Assembly: GCA_965250285.1 (NCBI GenBank)
Contig: OZ252299.1
Location: 512,001-576,000, forward strand
Direction of reading: 5' to 3'
Length of the DNA: 64,000 nucleotides
DNA from: Myxococcota bacterium
GTDB lineage: Bacteria; Myxococcota_A; UBA9160; UBA4427
The notes below the pieces were generated by a model. The model ran no database searches. It saw only the letters and a program-made list of their open reading frames with translations, and was not told the DNA's origin. How positions within the stretch are numbered: position 1 is the first letter of the stretch; every line of letters starts with the position of its first letter. This document shows, one piece after another, positions 18,943 through 31,070 of the stretch. The translations under genes were made by a program, and so were the position numbers.

Positions 18943-19884
18943 TCAGGCGCTCGCGAGCAGCGGCCGCACGGCTTCTCCGAAGAGCTGGGCCGGCGCGCGC
19001 GTGTCTCGGCCGAAGAATTCGATCACGAAACCCGTGCAGCCGAGTGCACGGTGCTCGATCAGCCGCTCGGCGACGCGCTCGGGTGTGCCCCAGATCCCGT
19101 GCTCTTCGAGGCCCGCCCCCATGTGCCCCCCGTAGATCTTCTGGGCCTTCTCGAGCGAAGCGCGCGCGGCGTCTTCGGTCTCTTCGATGATGACCACGCA
19201 CTGCTGCGAGATGCGCAGCGTATCGAGGTCGCGGCCGAAGTCGTCACAGCGTCGCTTGAGCGCCTCGATCTTCTCGGGCAGCTTTGCGTGGGTGACGGCC
19301 ATGTTGTTCCACACGTCGGCTTCGCGAGCGACGATGCCCATCAAGACCTTCTCGCCGGTGCCGCCGACGAGGATCGGGGGCCGGCGCGGGGGCTTCGGCT
19401 CACAGATGGCGTCGCGAACGCTGAACAGCTCGCCCTCGAGCGTGGTGCGTTCTTCGCTCCACATCGACTTGAGGATCCGGATCGTCTCGTCGAGCCCCTT
19501 CATGCGCTGGCCCAGCGGCGGGAAGGGGTTGCCGTAGGCCTCGAACTCGGGCTGGAACCAGCCTGCGCCGAGCCCCATGATCACGCGGCCGTCGGCGATC
19601 TGGTCGATGGTGGCGACCTGCTTCGCGAGCACGCCGGGGTTGCGAAAGAAGGGCGGCGTCACGAGCGTGCCGAGCTCGACCCGCGACGTCACGGCGGCCA
19701 CAGCCGCGAGCAGGCTCCAACCCTCGAGGATCGGGATCACCGGGTTCGGCACGCCGTAGACGTGGTCGCAGACCCAGACCGACTCGAAGCCGGCGGCCTC
19801 GAAGGCCTCGGCCGCCGCGCGCGACTCCTCCCACGTGCGCTTGATCTGGGGCAGGGTGACGCCGAAGTGCCAATCGCCTCGCAT
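18943..19884 (-). CDS. LLM-class (luciferase-like, possibly F420-dependent) oxidoreductase
   Basis: GFESVWVCDH, FRNPGVLAKQVATID, GLGAGW, PPILVGG; AGGAG before ATG at 19884. Confidence 0.85.
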   Translation of the reverse strand: MRGDWHFGVTLPQIKRTWEESRAAAEAFEAAGFESVWVCDHVYGVPNPVIPILEGWSLLAAVAAVTSRVELGTLVTPPFFRNPGVLAKQVATIDQIADGRVIMGLGAGWFQPEFEAYGNPFPPLGQRMKGLDETIRILKSMWSEERTTLEGELFSVRDAICEPKPPRRPPILVGGTGEKVLMGIVAREADVWNNMAVTHAKLPEKIEALKRRCDDFGRDLDTLRISQQCVVIIEETEDAARASLEKAQKIYGGHMGAGLEEHGIWGTPERVAERLIEHRALGCTGFVIEFFGRDTRAPAQLFGEAVRPLLASA

Positions 19885-20099
19885 GGGCCTCTCCTCCTGG
19901 GCTGCAGCCGGTCTCTTCGCGCGGGGGGGCATCGACGTCCGGCGCGTGCCCTCGTTCGGCCCCCTAAAGTCGCCGACCCGAGGCGCGCCCGAAAGCCCCG
20001 AACGCTTCGAGGGGCGCTGGTTCGCTACGCTGCGGCCCCCGCGCGAGGCGTCCCGGGCCCGCGCCCCGCCCGACGACCAGCCAGGAGCCAGAACACCCC

Positions 20100-21710
<1,611 letters not shown>

Positions 21711-21752
21711 CTCGAACGTGTCGGCTGGTCCATCCGGGTCGGGAGACGTGGG

Positions 21753-22607
21753 ATGCGCATCGTCGCCATCGACGACTTCGACGACCCGCGCGTCGCCGGC
21801 TACCGCAACATCAAGGACCGTGACCTGCACCTCGAGCGCGACTCGTTCCTCGTCGAGGGGGCGGGGGCGATTCGTGAGCTGCTCTGCGGCGGGCGTTTTG
21901 CCCCCGAATCGTTGCTGCTGTCGCCTCGGGCGTTGAACGCCCTCGAGCCCGATCTCGAGCCGCTCGACGACGACACGCCCGTCTACATCGCAGAGCGCGC
22001 CGACTACCACGACATCGTCGGGTTCGATCTGCACCGAGGATGCCTGGCGCTCTGCCGGCGCCGCCGCGAGCCCGGCTTCGCAGACGCGATCGACGAGGCG
22101 GCGGGGCCGCCCGACGCGCCGCTCGTTGCGCTCGAGGGCATCACGAACCACGACAACGTCGGTGGGCTGTTCCGCAACGCCCGCGCGTTCGGCGCCGGCG
22201 CGATGCTGCTCTGTCCGCGCTCGTGCGATCCCCTCTACCGCAAGGCGATTCGCACGTCGATCGGCGCGAGTCTCGTGCTGCCTTTCGCGCGTGCGTCGCG
22301 TTGGCCCGAAGACCTGGTCTCGCTCGGTGTGCCCATCGTTGCGCTCCACCCCGATGCGGCGGCGACGCCCGTTCACGCCTGGGCACCGCCACCGGGACGT
22401 TTCGTCCTCGTGGCCGGGAGCGAGGGGCCGGGGCTCTCCGATGCCCTGCTCGACGTCGCCCAGACGAAGCTTGCGATCGAGATGGAGCCCGGCATCGACT
22501 CGATCAACGTCGCGCTGGCGACGGGCATCGCGCTGCACCACGTTCGCAGCCAGCGGCATCGAAGCGCGTCGTCCGCCGACGCGCCGAGCCATGGGGAGTC
22601 TTCGTGA
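21753..22607 (+). CDS. TrmH/SpoU family RNA methyltransferase
   Basis: NVGGLFRNA.AFG, GSEGPGL, IDSINVA. Confidence 0.88.
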   Translation: MRIVAIDDFDDPRVAGYRNIKDRDLHLERDSFLVEGAGAIRELLCGGRFAPESLLLSPRALNALEPDLEPLDDDTPVYIAERADYHDIVGFDLHRGCLALCRRRREPGFADAIDEAAGPPDAPLVALEGITNHDNVGGLFRNARAFGAGAMLLCPRSCDPLYRKAIRTSIGASLVLPFARASRWPEDLVSLGVPIVALHPDAAATPVHAWAPPPGRFVLVAGSEGPGLSDALLDVAQTKLAIEMEPGIDSINVALATGIALHHVRSQRHRSASSADAPSHGESS

Positions 22608-23329
22608 GACCGATCGTCATTCTCAAGACCGGCGACACGCTGCCGGGGATCGACACGGCGCGCGGCGACTTCGACGCGTGGATCACGCCCACGCTCGGCT
22701 GGGATCAGGACGACGTGCACGTCGTCGAGGCGCATCGAGACGAGCCGCTCCCCGACCCCGATGGCGTCTCGGGCGCGGTCGTGACGGGCTCACCGGCGAT
22801 GGTCACCGATCGGGCGGCGTGGAGCGTGCGATCGGGCGCCTGGCTCGCGGCGTTGGTCGAGCGTGCGTCGCCCGTCCTCGGCATCTGCTACGGGCACCAG
22901 CTGCTCGCCGACGCGCTCGGCGGCGAGGTCGGGGCGAACCCACGCGGCCGCGAGATCGGCACGGTGCCGATCGAGCTCTTCGATTACGACGACGACCCGC
23001 TGCTGGCCGGCTTCTCTCGAGAGATTCCAGCGCACACGACCCACCTCGAATCGGTGCTTCGTCTGCCCGCTGGCGTGCACCACATGGGACGCAGCGCGCT
23101 CGACGACCACCACGTCTTTCGGGCCGGGCCCTCGGCCTGGGGCGTGCAGTTCCATCCCGAGTTCGATGCGGACATCATGCGGCGCTACATCGAGGCGCGG
23201 CGCGCGCCGATCCTCGAGGAGGGCCTCGATGCCGATGGCATCGAGGCCGCCGTGACCGAGACCCCGGCCTCGACGAGCCTCCTCGCGCGCTTCGGGGAGC
23301 TCGTGCGGCAGCGCGAGCTGGCGCGCTGA
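22604..23329 (+). CDS. Class I glutamine amidotransferase
   Basis: VTGS, GICYGHQL, QFHPE; GTG start overlaps upstream stop (GTGA). Confidence 0.88.
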   Translation: MRPIVILKTGDTLPGIDTARGDFDAWITPTLGWDQDDVHVVEAHRDEPLPDPDGVSGAVVTGSPAMVTDRAAWSVRSGAWLAALVERASPVLGICYGHQLLADALGGEVGANPRGREIGTVPIELFDYDDDPLLAGFSREIPAHTTHLESVLRLPAGVHHMGRSALDDHHVFRAGPSAWGVQFHPEFDADIMRRYIEARRAPILEEGLDADGIEAAVTETPASTSLLARFGELVRQRELAR

Positions 23330-23406
23330 GACGCACGCCGGGGCGGTCGTAACCCTTCGCGATACCTGGTTTTTCAGGATTTCTCGTTTGTACACCCTGA
23401 TGCTGA

Positions 23407-23425
23407 GAGCAATTACTCCTACAAT
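23407..23425 (+). promoter_or_regulatory. Putative -10 element (TACAAT) with adjacent imperfect palindrome GAGCAATTACTC
   Basis: AT-rich patch upstream of MerR gene; TACAAT at 23420-23425 ends 7 nt before the ATG; -35 weak. Confidence 0.45.
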
Positions 23426-23431
23426 CGGAGC

Positions 23432-24211
23432 ATGCAGTACCGAGTCGAAGAGCTCGCCGACGCCGCCGGGATCCGGGTCGATACGATCCGTTTCTACCAG
23501 CGCCGGGGTCTGATCGATCCGCCTCGGCGCGAGGGGCGGGTGGCCTACTACGACGAGGGGCACCTCGACCGGCTGCGCCGAATTCGGCTGCTCGGGGACG
23601 ATGGCTTCACACTGCGCCAGATCGGCCGGCTGCTGCAGGGCGACGCACTCCCGAGCACCGAGCCGCGAGGGCCCGAGAGTCTGCTCGATGCCCTCGCCGA
23701 AGAGCGGGTGGGGCATCGCACGTACTCGCGCGGCGAGGTCGCCGAGGCTGCGGGCGTGCCCGAAGCCCTCGTGATCGCCGCGGCCAAGGCCGGCCTGATC
23801 GTGCCGGTCGAGATCGACGGCGAGCCGCGCTACGGGGCGGCCGACGTCGAGATGGGGCGGGCCGCGCTCGCGCTGCTCGGCGCCGGGTTCCCGCTCGACG
23901 AGCTGCTCGAGCTCGCGGTGCGTCATGCCCGCAACGTCACCGAACTCTCCGATGCCGCCATCGATCTGTTCGCCGAGCACATCGGCCGCGCGGGCGAGGC
24001 CCAGACCGGTTCGACCGACGGCGCCGACGATCCCGTCGTCACGCTCTTCCGCGATCTGCTTCCCGAGGTCACGCGCCTCGTGGCACTCCACTTTCAACGC
24101 ACGCTCGTCCGGCGTGCGCTCGAACGCATCGGCGAGGGCGGCGATCAGGCCGTGCTGCAGTCGGCGCTCGAGCGCGCAGCCACGGCCGAACTGGAGGTCG
24201 CATGGCGTTAG
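23432..24211 (+). CDS. MerR-family transcriptional regulator
   Basis: YRVEELADAAGIRVDTIRFYQRRGLI..P.R....YY; second HTH-like segment. Confidence 0.88.
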   Translation: MQYRVEELADAAGIRVDTIRFYQRRGLIDPPRREGRVAYYDEGHLDRLRRIRLLGDDGFTLRQIGRLLQGDALPSTEPRGPESLLDALAEERVGHRTYSRGEVAEAAGVPEALVIAAAKAGLIVPVEIDGEPRYGAADVEMGRAALALLGAGFPLDELLELAVRHARNVTELSDAAIDLFAEHIGRAGEAQTGSTDGADDPVVTLFRDLLPEVTRLVALHFQRTLVRRALERIGEGGDQAVLQSALERAATAELEVAWR

Positions 24212-24903
24212 AGGTTCTGCCGGAAGGCGCCGACAAGTACACCCGCGTGCGCGACATGTTCGATCGCATCGCCCCGCACTACGACCGCATGAACCGGCTG
24301 ATGACGGGCGGGCTCGATCAGCGCTGGCGACGTCTGACGCTCGATCTCGTCGACGTGGGGCCGGGCGACCGCGTGCTCGACCTGGCATGCGGCACCGGTG
24401 ACATCTGCGAGCTCGTCCGCGAGCGCGGCGCCCACGCGATCGGCGTCGACTTCGCCGGCGTCATGCTCAAGGGAGCGCAGGCCCGCGGGATCGATGCCGA
24501 GTTCGTACGCGGCGACGCGGCGCGTCTGCCGTGCGCGGATGGCAGCGTCGACGTCGTGACGTGTGGCTTCGCGCTGCGCAACTTCGTGGCGCTCGCGCCC
24601 GTGTTTGCCGAGCTGCATCGCGTGCTCGCGCCCGGCGGCCGTCTGGCCGTAATCGATGTCGACCGGCCCGGTTCGCGCATGATCGCCGCGGCGCACTCGC
24701 TGTACTTCGACCGCTTCGTGCCCTTCGTCGGCGGCTTGCTCGCCGACCGCGACGCCTACCGATACTTACCGGCCTCGACTGCGTACCTGCCTCCGGCGCC
24801 CGAGCTGCTCGCGCTGCTCGAGAAGGCCGGCTTCAGCGAGGTGCGGCGCCGCACGCTCATGCTCGGCAGCGCCCAGATCCTGCTCGGCAGGAAGGAGGCG
24901 TAG
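24202..24903 (+). CDS. menG: Demethylmenaquinone methyltransferase (UbiE/MenG)
   Basis: MFDRIAPHYDRMN, LDLACGTGD, GFALRN; men operon context. Confidence 0.88.
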   Translation: MALEVLPEGADKYTRVRDMFDRIAPHYDRMNRLMTGGLDQRWRRLTLDLVDVGPGDRVLDLACGTGDICELVRERGAHAIGVDFAGVMLKGAQARGIDAEFVRGDAARLPCADGSVDVVTCGFALRNFVALAPVFAELHRVLAPGGRLAVIDVDRPGSRMIAAAHSLYFDRFVPFVGGLLADRDAYRYLPASTAYLPPAPELLALLEKAGFSEVRRRTLMLGSAQILLGRKEA

Positions 24904-24906
24904 GCG

Positions 24907-26418
24907 ATGAGTCAGCCGGTCTTCGCGAACCGACCCGCGGCCGACGAAGCCGAAGCGCTGCGCCACGAGGTGGCCGCGGCCTGGCTGCGGGCGCGCGCGC
25001 GGGCGCGCGGAGCCCGTGGAGTCCAGCACCTCGCTCTGCGCGTGCGTGTCCCCGATGTCGATCCGCTCGACGCCTTCCTCGCTGCCCCCGAAGCCGATCG
25101 CTTCTACTGGAGCCATCCCGACGAGGGCGTCGGCCGAGCCGCCTGGGGAGAGGCGTGGTGCCTCGAGATCGAACCGGGCCGCGGGACGGATCGGTTCGAC
25201 GTCGCCGCGCACGCGGTGGGCGGTCTCCTGGCCGGGCTCGAAGTGATCGGCGACGCGGGCCCGTCGACGGCCGGGCCCATCGTGCACGCGGGCTTCGCCT
25301 ATGCCGACAGGGAGCGGCAGGGCGAGTCGCTTCTCACCGCCGACGGCGGCTGGTCTGCCTTCCCGGCCGCGCGGCTCGTGCTCGCGCAACGCCAGCTGGT
25401 GCGCCTCGCCGAGGGCACCTTCGAGTGTCGCGTCGCAGCGGTCGAGCCGGACGCACCCGACGACGGCTGGCAGGCGCTCTTCGCGTCGAGCGAAGTCGGC
25501 GGGGCGAGCGCGATGCCGGCGGCCCTGGCCGAGCCGGCAGACGACGGCCCTTCGTATTCGGTGCACGCCGACCGGCCCCACCATCGATACGAAGCCGGGG
25601 TCCGAGAGGCGCTGGGCGAGATCGAGCGCGGAGGCCTGCAGAAGGTCGTGCTCGCGCGCGCTCTCGAGGTGCGGCACGCCGGCGCCTTTGGCCTGCGCCA
25701 GTTCCTCGAGCAGCTGCGCGAGGCGTATCCGGCCTGCGCGACGTTCGTCGTCGGCCGCGGACCCGACTGCTTCGTCTCGGCGTCGCCCGAGCGGCTCGTC
25801 GCACTCGACGGCGAATCGATCCGGACCGCCGCACTCGCTGGCTCGGCGCCGCGCGGGCGCACGCCCGACAGCGACACGCGCATCGGCGAGGAGCTGCTCT
25901 TATGCCCGAAGAACCGAGCCGAGCACGAGTCGGTGCGTCGCATGATCGTCGATGCGCTCACCGCGCACGGCTGCGATGTGCGTTCGGACGACGCGCCGCG
26001 CCTCTTGAAGCTCGCCGGCATCCAGCATCTCGAGACGCCGATCGAGGCGCACCTGCGCGGCGACGCGGCGCGACCCGGTGAAGCGTTGCTCAGACTCGTC
26101 GGAGCGCTTCATCCGACCCCGGCCGTCGGCGGCTTGCCGGCAGCGGCCGCCGATGCGTGGCTCGCTGAGCACGAAGGCCTCGACCGCGGCTGGTATGCAG
26201 CGCCCGTCGGTTGGATCGGGGCCGACGGCTCGGGCGAGCTCCGGGTGGCGCTGCGCTCCGCTCTGCTTCGGAGCGAGGTGGACGAGCACGGCGTGACGCA
26301 CTCGACCGCCCGGCTCTTCGCGGGCGCCGGCATCGTCGCGGGCTCCGATCCGCATGGCGAGCTCGTCGAGACCCGCATCAAGCTGCGCGCCCTGCTCGCT
26401 CCGCTCACGGAGATCTGA
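24907..26418 (+). CDS. menF: Isochorismate synthase
   Basis: KVVLAR, ASPERL, ALAGS, EH, QHL, LHPTPAVGG, FAGAGIV. Confidence 0.9.
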   Translation: MSQPVFANRPAADEAEALRHEVAAAWLRARARARGARGVQHLALRVRVPDVDPLDAFLAAPEADRFYWSHPDEGVGRAAWGEAWCLEIEPGRGTDRFDVAAHAVGGLLAGLEVIGDAGPSTAGPIVHAGFAYADRERQGESLLTADGGWSAFPAARLVLAQRQLVRLAEGTFECRVAAVEPDAPDDGWQALFASSEVGGASAMPAALAEPADDGPSYSVHADRPHHRYEAGVREALGEIERGGLQKVVLARALEVRHAGAFGLRQFLEQLREAYPACATFVVGRGPDCFVSASPERLVALDGESIRTAALAGSAPRGRTPDSDTRIGEELLLCPKNRAEHESVRRMIVDALTAHGCDVRSDDAPRLLKLAGIQHLETPIEAHLRGDAARPGEALLRLVGALHPTPAVGGLPAAAADAWLAEHEGLDRGWYAAPVGWIGADGSGELRVALRSALLRSEVDEHGVTHSTARLFAGAGIVAGSDPHGELVETRIKLRALLAPLTEI

Positions 26419-26419
26419 C

Positions 26420-28222
26420 GTGAGCGCATGGCAGTCGGACGCCGGCGCGGCCTGGGCCTTCATCGAGCGCTTCTTCGACGCGCTGGTGGCCGGGGGCGTC
26501 GAGGCTGTCTGCATCTCACCCGGCTCGCGCTCGACGCCGCTCGCCGTGGCGGCGTTCGAGACGCCCGGTCTCGAGACGACCCTGCACCTCGACGAGCGGT
26601 CGGCGAGCTTTCACGCGCTCGGCCGTGCGAAGGCATCGCGCCGCCCGGTGGCGCTGGTGTGCACGAGCGGAACCGCCGCCGCGAACTATCTGCCTGCGAT
26701 CGTCGAAGCGCACCACTCCGCAACGCCGCTCGTCGTGTTGACCGCCGACCGGCCGCCCGAGCTGCGCGACTGGGGGGCCGGCCAGACGATCGATCAGCTC
26801 AAGCTCTTCGGGCGCTACGTGCGTGACTTCGTCGAGATGCCGATTCCGGGCGCGGGTGAGGCGGCACTGCGCGCCGCCGATGGTTTTGCGGCGCGGGCGC
26901 TCGCCGCGGCCTGGCGATCGCCGGCCGGCCCGGTCCACCTGAACTGGCCGCTGCGTGAGCCTCTCGAAGCGCCGAGCGATCACGTCCGCGCACCGGCGAC
27001 GGCGCGCGTCGCGGCGCTCGATGCGCGCACGAGCCCGCCGACCGAAGCCGAGATCGATCGGCTCGAAGCGTGCGTGCGTCGTCACGGGCGAGGTGTCGTG
27101 TGCGCCGGCACGCTCGATGCGACGCCGCATGAGGCGGCCGCGATCGCGCGCTTCGCCGCGCGCGCCGGCTGGCCTGTGCTCGCCGATCCGCTGTCGCAGC
27201 TGCGCTGCGGCGCGCACGTCGCCGCGCAGGGCCACACGGGCGCGGCGACGATCGTGTCGACCAGCGAGTTTCTCCTGCGATCCGATGCGTTCGGTGCGGC
27301 GGCCCGAGCCGAGGTCGTCCTGCGTCTCGGCGGTGCGCCCGTGTCGAAGGCGCAGAAGCTCTGGCTCGCGGCGCATCCGCCCGAGGCACTCTGGCTCGTC
27401 GATGCAGCCGGTCGTTGGGAAGAGCCGAATCATCTCGCGACCGACCACGTACCGGCGGCGCCTGCCGCGCTGCTCGCGGCGGTCGATGCGCGGCTCGAGG
27501 CGGGCGGCTTCGAGCGCGGCGCTGAATCGACCTGGGCTCGGGCGTGGCGCGCGGCCGACCGAGCGGGGGCCGAGACGCTGGCCGGCGATGGGCCGGACGC
27601 AGATCTCATCGAATCGGATGTCGTGCAGATCCTGGCCGAGCTCGTGCCCGAAGACACCGCGGTCTTCCTCTCGAACAGCATGCCGATCCGCGATGTCGAT
27701 GCGTTCTGGCCTGCCGCCTCGCGGCGGGTGCGGTTTCTCGGCAATCGCGGGGCGAACGGCATCGACGGCATCCCGTCGACGGCCCTCGGCATCGCGGCGG
27801 CGAGCGAGGCGCCGGTCGTCCTGCTCACGGGAGATCTGGCCCTGCTGCACGACGTCGGCGGGCTGCTGGCCGCGCAGGGCGCCGCGGGCTCGCTGACGAT
27901 CGTCGTGCTCGACAACGACGGCGGCGGGATCTTCTCGTTTCTGCCGATCGCCGATCGCGCCGCTGAGACCACGTTCGAGACGCTCTTTCGTACGCCGCAC
28001 GGGCACGACCTGCAGCAGCTCGGGGCCTTCTTCGCGGCGCCCGTGGCGAACGCGTCGGGTGCCGAGGCTCTGCGCAAGGCCCTCGCCGAGTCGATCGGTG
28101 CGCCGGGTGTGCGGATCGTGCGCGTGCCGATCGACCGCGACGTGAACGTCGAGCGGTTTCGGGTCGCGAGTCGAGCAGTGCAGGCCGTCGCCGATGGGGC
28201 GACGTCGGGATTCGCGTCGTGA
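26420..28222 (+). CDS. menD: SEPHCHC synthase
   Basis: SPGSRSTPL, DERSASF, CTSGTA, TADRP, QTIDQ, NSMPIRD, NRGANGIDG, GDLALLHD. Confidence 0.95.
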   Translation: MSAWQSDAGAAWAFIERFFDALVAGGVEAVCISPGSRSTPLAVAAFETPGLETTLHLDERSASFHALGRAKASRRPVALVCTSGTAAANYLPAIVEAHHSATPLVVLTADRPPELRDWGAGQTIDQLKLFGRYVRDFVEMPIPGAGEAALRAADGFAARALAAAWRSPAGPVHLNWPLREPLEAPSDHVRAPATARVAALDARTSPPTEAEIDRLEACVRRHGRGVVCAGTLDATPHEAAAIARFAARAGWPVLADPLSQLRCGAHVAAQGHTGAATIVSTSEFLLRSDAFGAAARAEVVLRLGGAPVSKAQKLWLAAHPPEALWLVDAAGRWEEPNHLATDHVPAAPAALLAAVDARLEAGGFERGAESTWARAWRAADRAGAETLAGDGPDADLIESDVVQILAELVPEDTAVFLSNSMPIRDVDAFWPAASRRVRFLGNRGANGIDGIPSTALGIAAASEAPVVLLTGDLALLHDVGGLLAAQGAAGSLTIVVLDNDGGGIFSFLPIADRAAETTFETLFRTPHGHDLQQLGAFFAAPVANASGAEALRKALAESIGAPGVRIVRVPIDRDVNVERFRVASRAVQAVADGATSGFAS

Positions 28223-29064
28223 CGTTGCGCGTCCGCACCCTCGACGCAGACGGTGTCGAGCTCTGCGTCGAATCGACCGGGCAGGGCGCACCGGTCGTCA
28301 TGCTGCACGGGTTCACGGGGGACGCGTCGAGCATGGCGCCCGCCGCCACACCGCTCGTGCGCGACTTCACCGTGCACCGCGTCGAGCTCATCGGCCACGG
28401 GCGCAGCGCGGCGCCCGCCGACGTCGCACCCTACGCGATGCCCCGGTGCGTCGCGCAGCTGATCTCTTTCCTCGATGCGCTCGGGATCGAGTCGGCGCAC
28501 GTGTACGGCTACTCGATGGGCGGCCGCACGGCTCTCTCGCTGGCCGCAGCGCACCCCGAGCGCGTGCGATCGCTCGTGCTCGTCGGCGCCACGGCGGGCC
28601 TCGCTTCGCCCGATGCCCGCGCCGAGCGTCGGGCGGCCGACGAGGCGCTCGCCGATCGCATCGAGCGAGATGGCCTCGAGCCCTTCGTCGACCATTGGAT
28701 GGCGCTGCCGCTCTTCGCGAGTCAGAAGCGGCTCGGCGACTCGGCCCTCGCCGAAGCGCGCGCTCAGCGGCTGCGCGGCACGCCGACCGGCTTTGCGAAC
28801 AGCCTGCGCGGGATGGGCACGGGCGCGATGCCCCCGCTGCATGCAGCGCTGGGTTCCCTGGCGATGCCGATCGAGCTCGTGGTCGGCGAAGAGGACGCCA
28901 AGTTTCGCGACATCGCAGCCGGGCTCTCGGCCGCGCTGCCGCAAGCGCAGATCGACGTGATCGACGAGGCCGGGCATGCCGCCCACCTCGAACAACCGCA
29001 GCGCGTCGGGGAGGCCGTGCGTCGCTTCCTCTTCGAAGCTGACGCCCGGGAGCACGCCAGATGA
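28219..29064 (+). CDS. menH: SHCHC synthase (alpha/beta hydrolase)
   Basis: LHGFTG, GYSMGGR, W...PLFASQ, AGHAAH; coupled to menD. Confidence 0.9.
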   Translation: MTLRVRTLDADGVELCVESTGQGAPVVMLHGFTGDASSMAPAATPLVRDFTVHRVELIGHGRSAAPADVAPYAMPRCVAQLISFLDALGIESAHVYGYSMGGRTALSLAAAHPERVRSLVLVGATAGLASPDARAERRAADEALADRIERDGLEPFVDHWMALPLFASQKRLGDSALAEARAQRLRGTPTGFANSLRGMGTGAMPPLHAALGSLAMPIELVVGEEDAKFRDIAAGLSAALPQAQIDVIDEAGHAAHLEQPQRVGEAVRRFLFEADAREHAR

Positions 29065-29960
29065 GCGACGACGCAACCCGACCCGGTCGCCTCGCGATCT
29101 GGCTCATGGCGGCTCGCCCGCGCACGCTCCCGGTGAGCGTTGCGCCGGTGGTGGTCGGCACGGCCGTGGCGTGGGCGGAGGGGGTCGCACGACTCGGGCC
29201 GGCGCTCGCGGCGTTCGCGGGCGCGCTGCTGCTGCAGCTCGCGTCGAACTTCGCCAACGACCTCTTCGACCACGAGAAAGGGGCCGACACCGCAGAGCGC
29301 ATCGGGCCGCCCCGCGTCATGCAGCAGGGCTTGATGACGGCGCGCGAGCTCTGGGTCGGGATCGGGGTCGTGCTCGCGCTGGCCGTCGCGGTGGGGCTCT
29401 ATCTCACCTGGGTCGCCGGCTGGCCCGTCGTTGCGATCGGGGTGGTATCGATCATCGCGGCGCTCGCCTACACGGGCGGCCCCTATCCCTTGGGCTACAA
29501 CGGGCTCGGTGACCTCGCGGTGTTCGTCTTCTTCGGTCTCGTCGCCGTCACGGGCACGTACTACGTGCAGGCCGGTGCGTTCTCGATGTCGGCGTTCGTC
29601 GCATCGTGGCCGGTCGGGTTGCTCGCGACGGCGATCCTCGTCGTGAACAATGTGCGCGACGTCGACAGCGATCGAAAGACCGGCAAACGGACGCTCGTCG
29701 TTCGGATGGGCCGCGAAGGCGGACGCAACGAGTATGCGCTGCTCGTGACGCTCGCCTACGCGCTGCTGCTCGTGCCGTGGCTGGCCTTCGACGCGTCACC
29801 GTGGGTGCTGCTGCCGGTCGTGACGCTGCCGCTCGCGATCCGCGGCATTCGGGTCGTGCAGACCGAGGTCGAGGGCCCGGCGCTCAACGAGGCGCTCGCC
29901 GGCACGGCCCAGCTGACGCTGCTCTTCTCGCTCGCGTTCGCGGTGGGCCAGCTGCTGTGA
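29061..29960 (+). CDS. menA: 1,4-dihydroxy-2-naphthoate prenyltransferase
   Basis: ARPRTL, NFANDLFD..KGAD, YTGGP, NNVRD..SD..GKRTL. Confidence 0.93.
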   Translation: MSDDATRPGRLAIWLMAARPRTLPVSVAPVVVGTAVAWAEGVARLGPALAAFAGALLLQLASNFANDLFDHEKGADTAERIGPPRVMQQGLMTARELWVGIGVVLALAVAVGLYLTWVAGWPVVAIGVVSIIAALAYTGGPYPLGYNGLGDLAVFVFFGLVAVTGTYYVQAGAFSMSAFVASWPVGLLATAILVVNNVRDVDSDRKTGKRTLVVRMGREGGRNEYALLVTLAYALLLVPWLAFDASPWVLLPVVTLPLAIRGIRVVQTEVEGPALNEALAGTAQLTLLFSLAFAVGQLL

Positions 29961-31069
29961 CCTGGGCCGAGGCGCGACTCGTTCCGTTCGCCCTCCCGCT
30001 CAGCCGACCGCTCGAGACGGCACACGGCACGTGGCACGAGCGTCGCGGTTGGCTCGTTCGACTGCTCGACCGCGACGGCCTCGAGGGGCATGCCACCGCG
30101 ATGCCCATCGCGGGGTTCGGCGGCGAGACGTTCGAAGCCTGCGGTGCCGCGCTCGAGCGGGTCCTCGACCTCGAGGCCGCGGGCACCTTCGCCGCCGACG
30201 CCCTCGACGGCGCGCCCTTCGCGGCGTCGGCCTGGCACACGGCCCAAGCCGACCTCAATGCGCGTCGAGAGAAGCAGCCCCTCGCCGCCGACCTCGTCCG
30301 GCGAGTCCACGGCCCCGGCACCGCGCCCCGAGCCGAGGTCGCCGTCAACGCACTCATCGCTGCGGAGACACCCGATGCGCTGCGCGCGGGCGTCGAGGCG
30401 GCGCGCGCGTATCCGGTGATCAAGCTCAAGGTCGGTGCCGACGTCGATGCGGCCCTCGAGCGCATCGAGGTCGCATGCGACGTGCTCGCGTCCGGCCAAC
30501 GTCTGCGTGTCGATCCGAACTCGAGCTGGTCCGAGGCCGATGCAGCGCGCGCGCTGGCCGCGCTCGCCGATCGACCGATCGAGTACGTCGAACAGCCCAC
30601 GCCCGGCCTCGACGCCCTGGCGCGCTTGCGTCGCAGCACCCGTGTCGCGCTCGCGGCCGACGAGTCGGTGAGCGACGCCGAAGGATTCACGCGGGCGGTG
30701 CGCGACCGCAGCGTCGACGTCGTGGTGATGAAGCCGATGTGCATCGGCGGTGTCGACCGCGCCGTCGCGCTCGGCGACACGGCGCAGTCGGCCGAGGTCG
30801 ACGTGGTGGTCACGTCGCTGCTCGACTCGGTCATCGGTGTGCGCGCCGCCCAGGCCGTCGCCCTCGCACTGTCGAAGCCGCCGCTCGCGTGCGGGCTGGC
30901 CACCGCGAACCTGTTCGAGCGAGACCTGGTTCGGGTCGCGTCGCCGCCGTCGAGTGGTGCGCTGCGCGGCTGGACCGAGCCCGGGCTCGGCACCGAGATC
31001 GACGATGCGGCGTTGACGGCCTGTGCGCTCGCGGACGAGCGTCGCTTCGTCGGCGCAGGTCGCGCCTGA
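29957..31069 (+). CDS. menC: o-Succinylbenzoate synthase
   Basis: Enolase-superfamily KLKVG, RVDPN, EQP, ADES, VMKP; GTGA coupling to menA. Confidence 0.85.
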   Translation: MTWAEARLVPFALPLSRPLETAHGTWHERRGWLVRLLDRDGLEGHATAMPIAGFGGETFEACGAALERVLDLEAAGTFAADALDGAPFAASAWHTAQADLNARREKQPLAADLVRRVHGPGTAPRAEVAVNALIAAETPDALRAGVEAARAYPVIKLKVGADVDAALERIEVACDVLASGQRLRVDPNSSWSEADAARALAALADRPIEYVEQPTPGLDALARLRRSTRVALAADESVSDAEGFTRAVRDRSVDVVVMKPMCIGGVDRAVALGDTAQSAEVDVVVTSLLDSVIGVRAAQAVALALSKPPLACGLATANLFERDLVRVASPPSSGALRGWTEPGLGTEIDDAALTACALADERRFVGAGRA

Positions 31070-31070
31070 C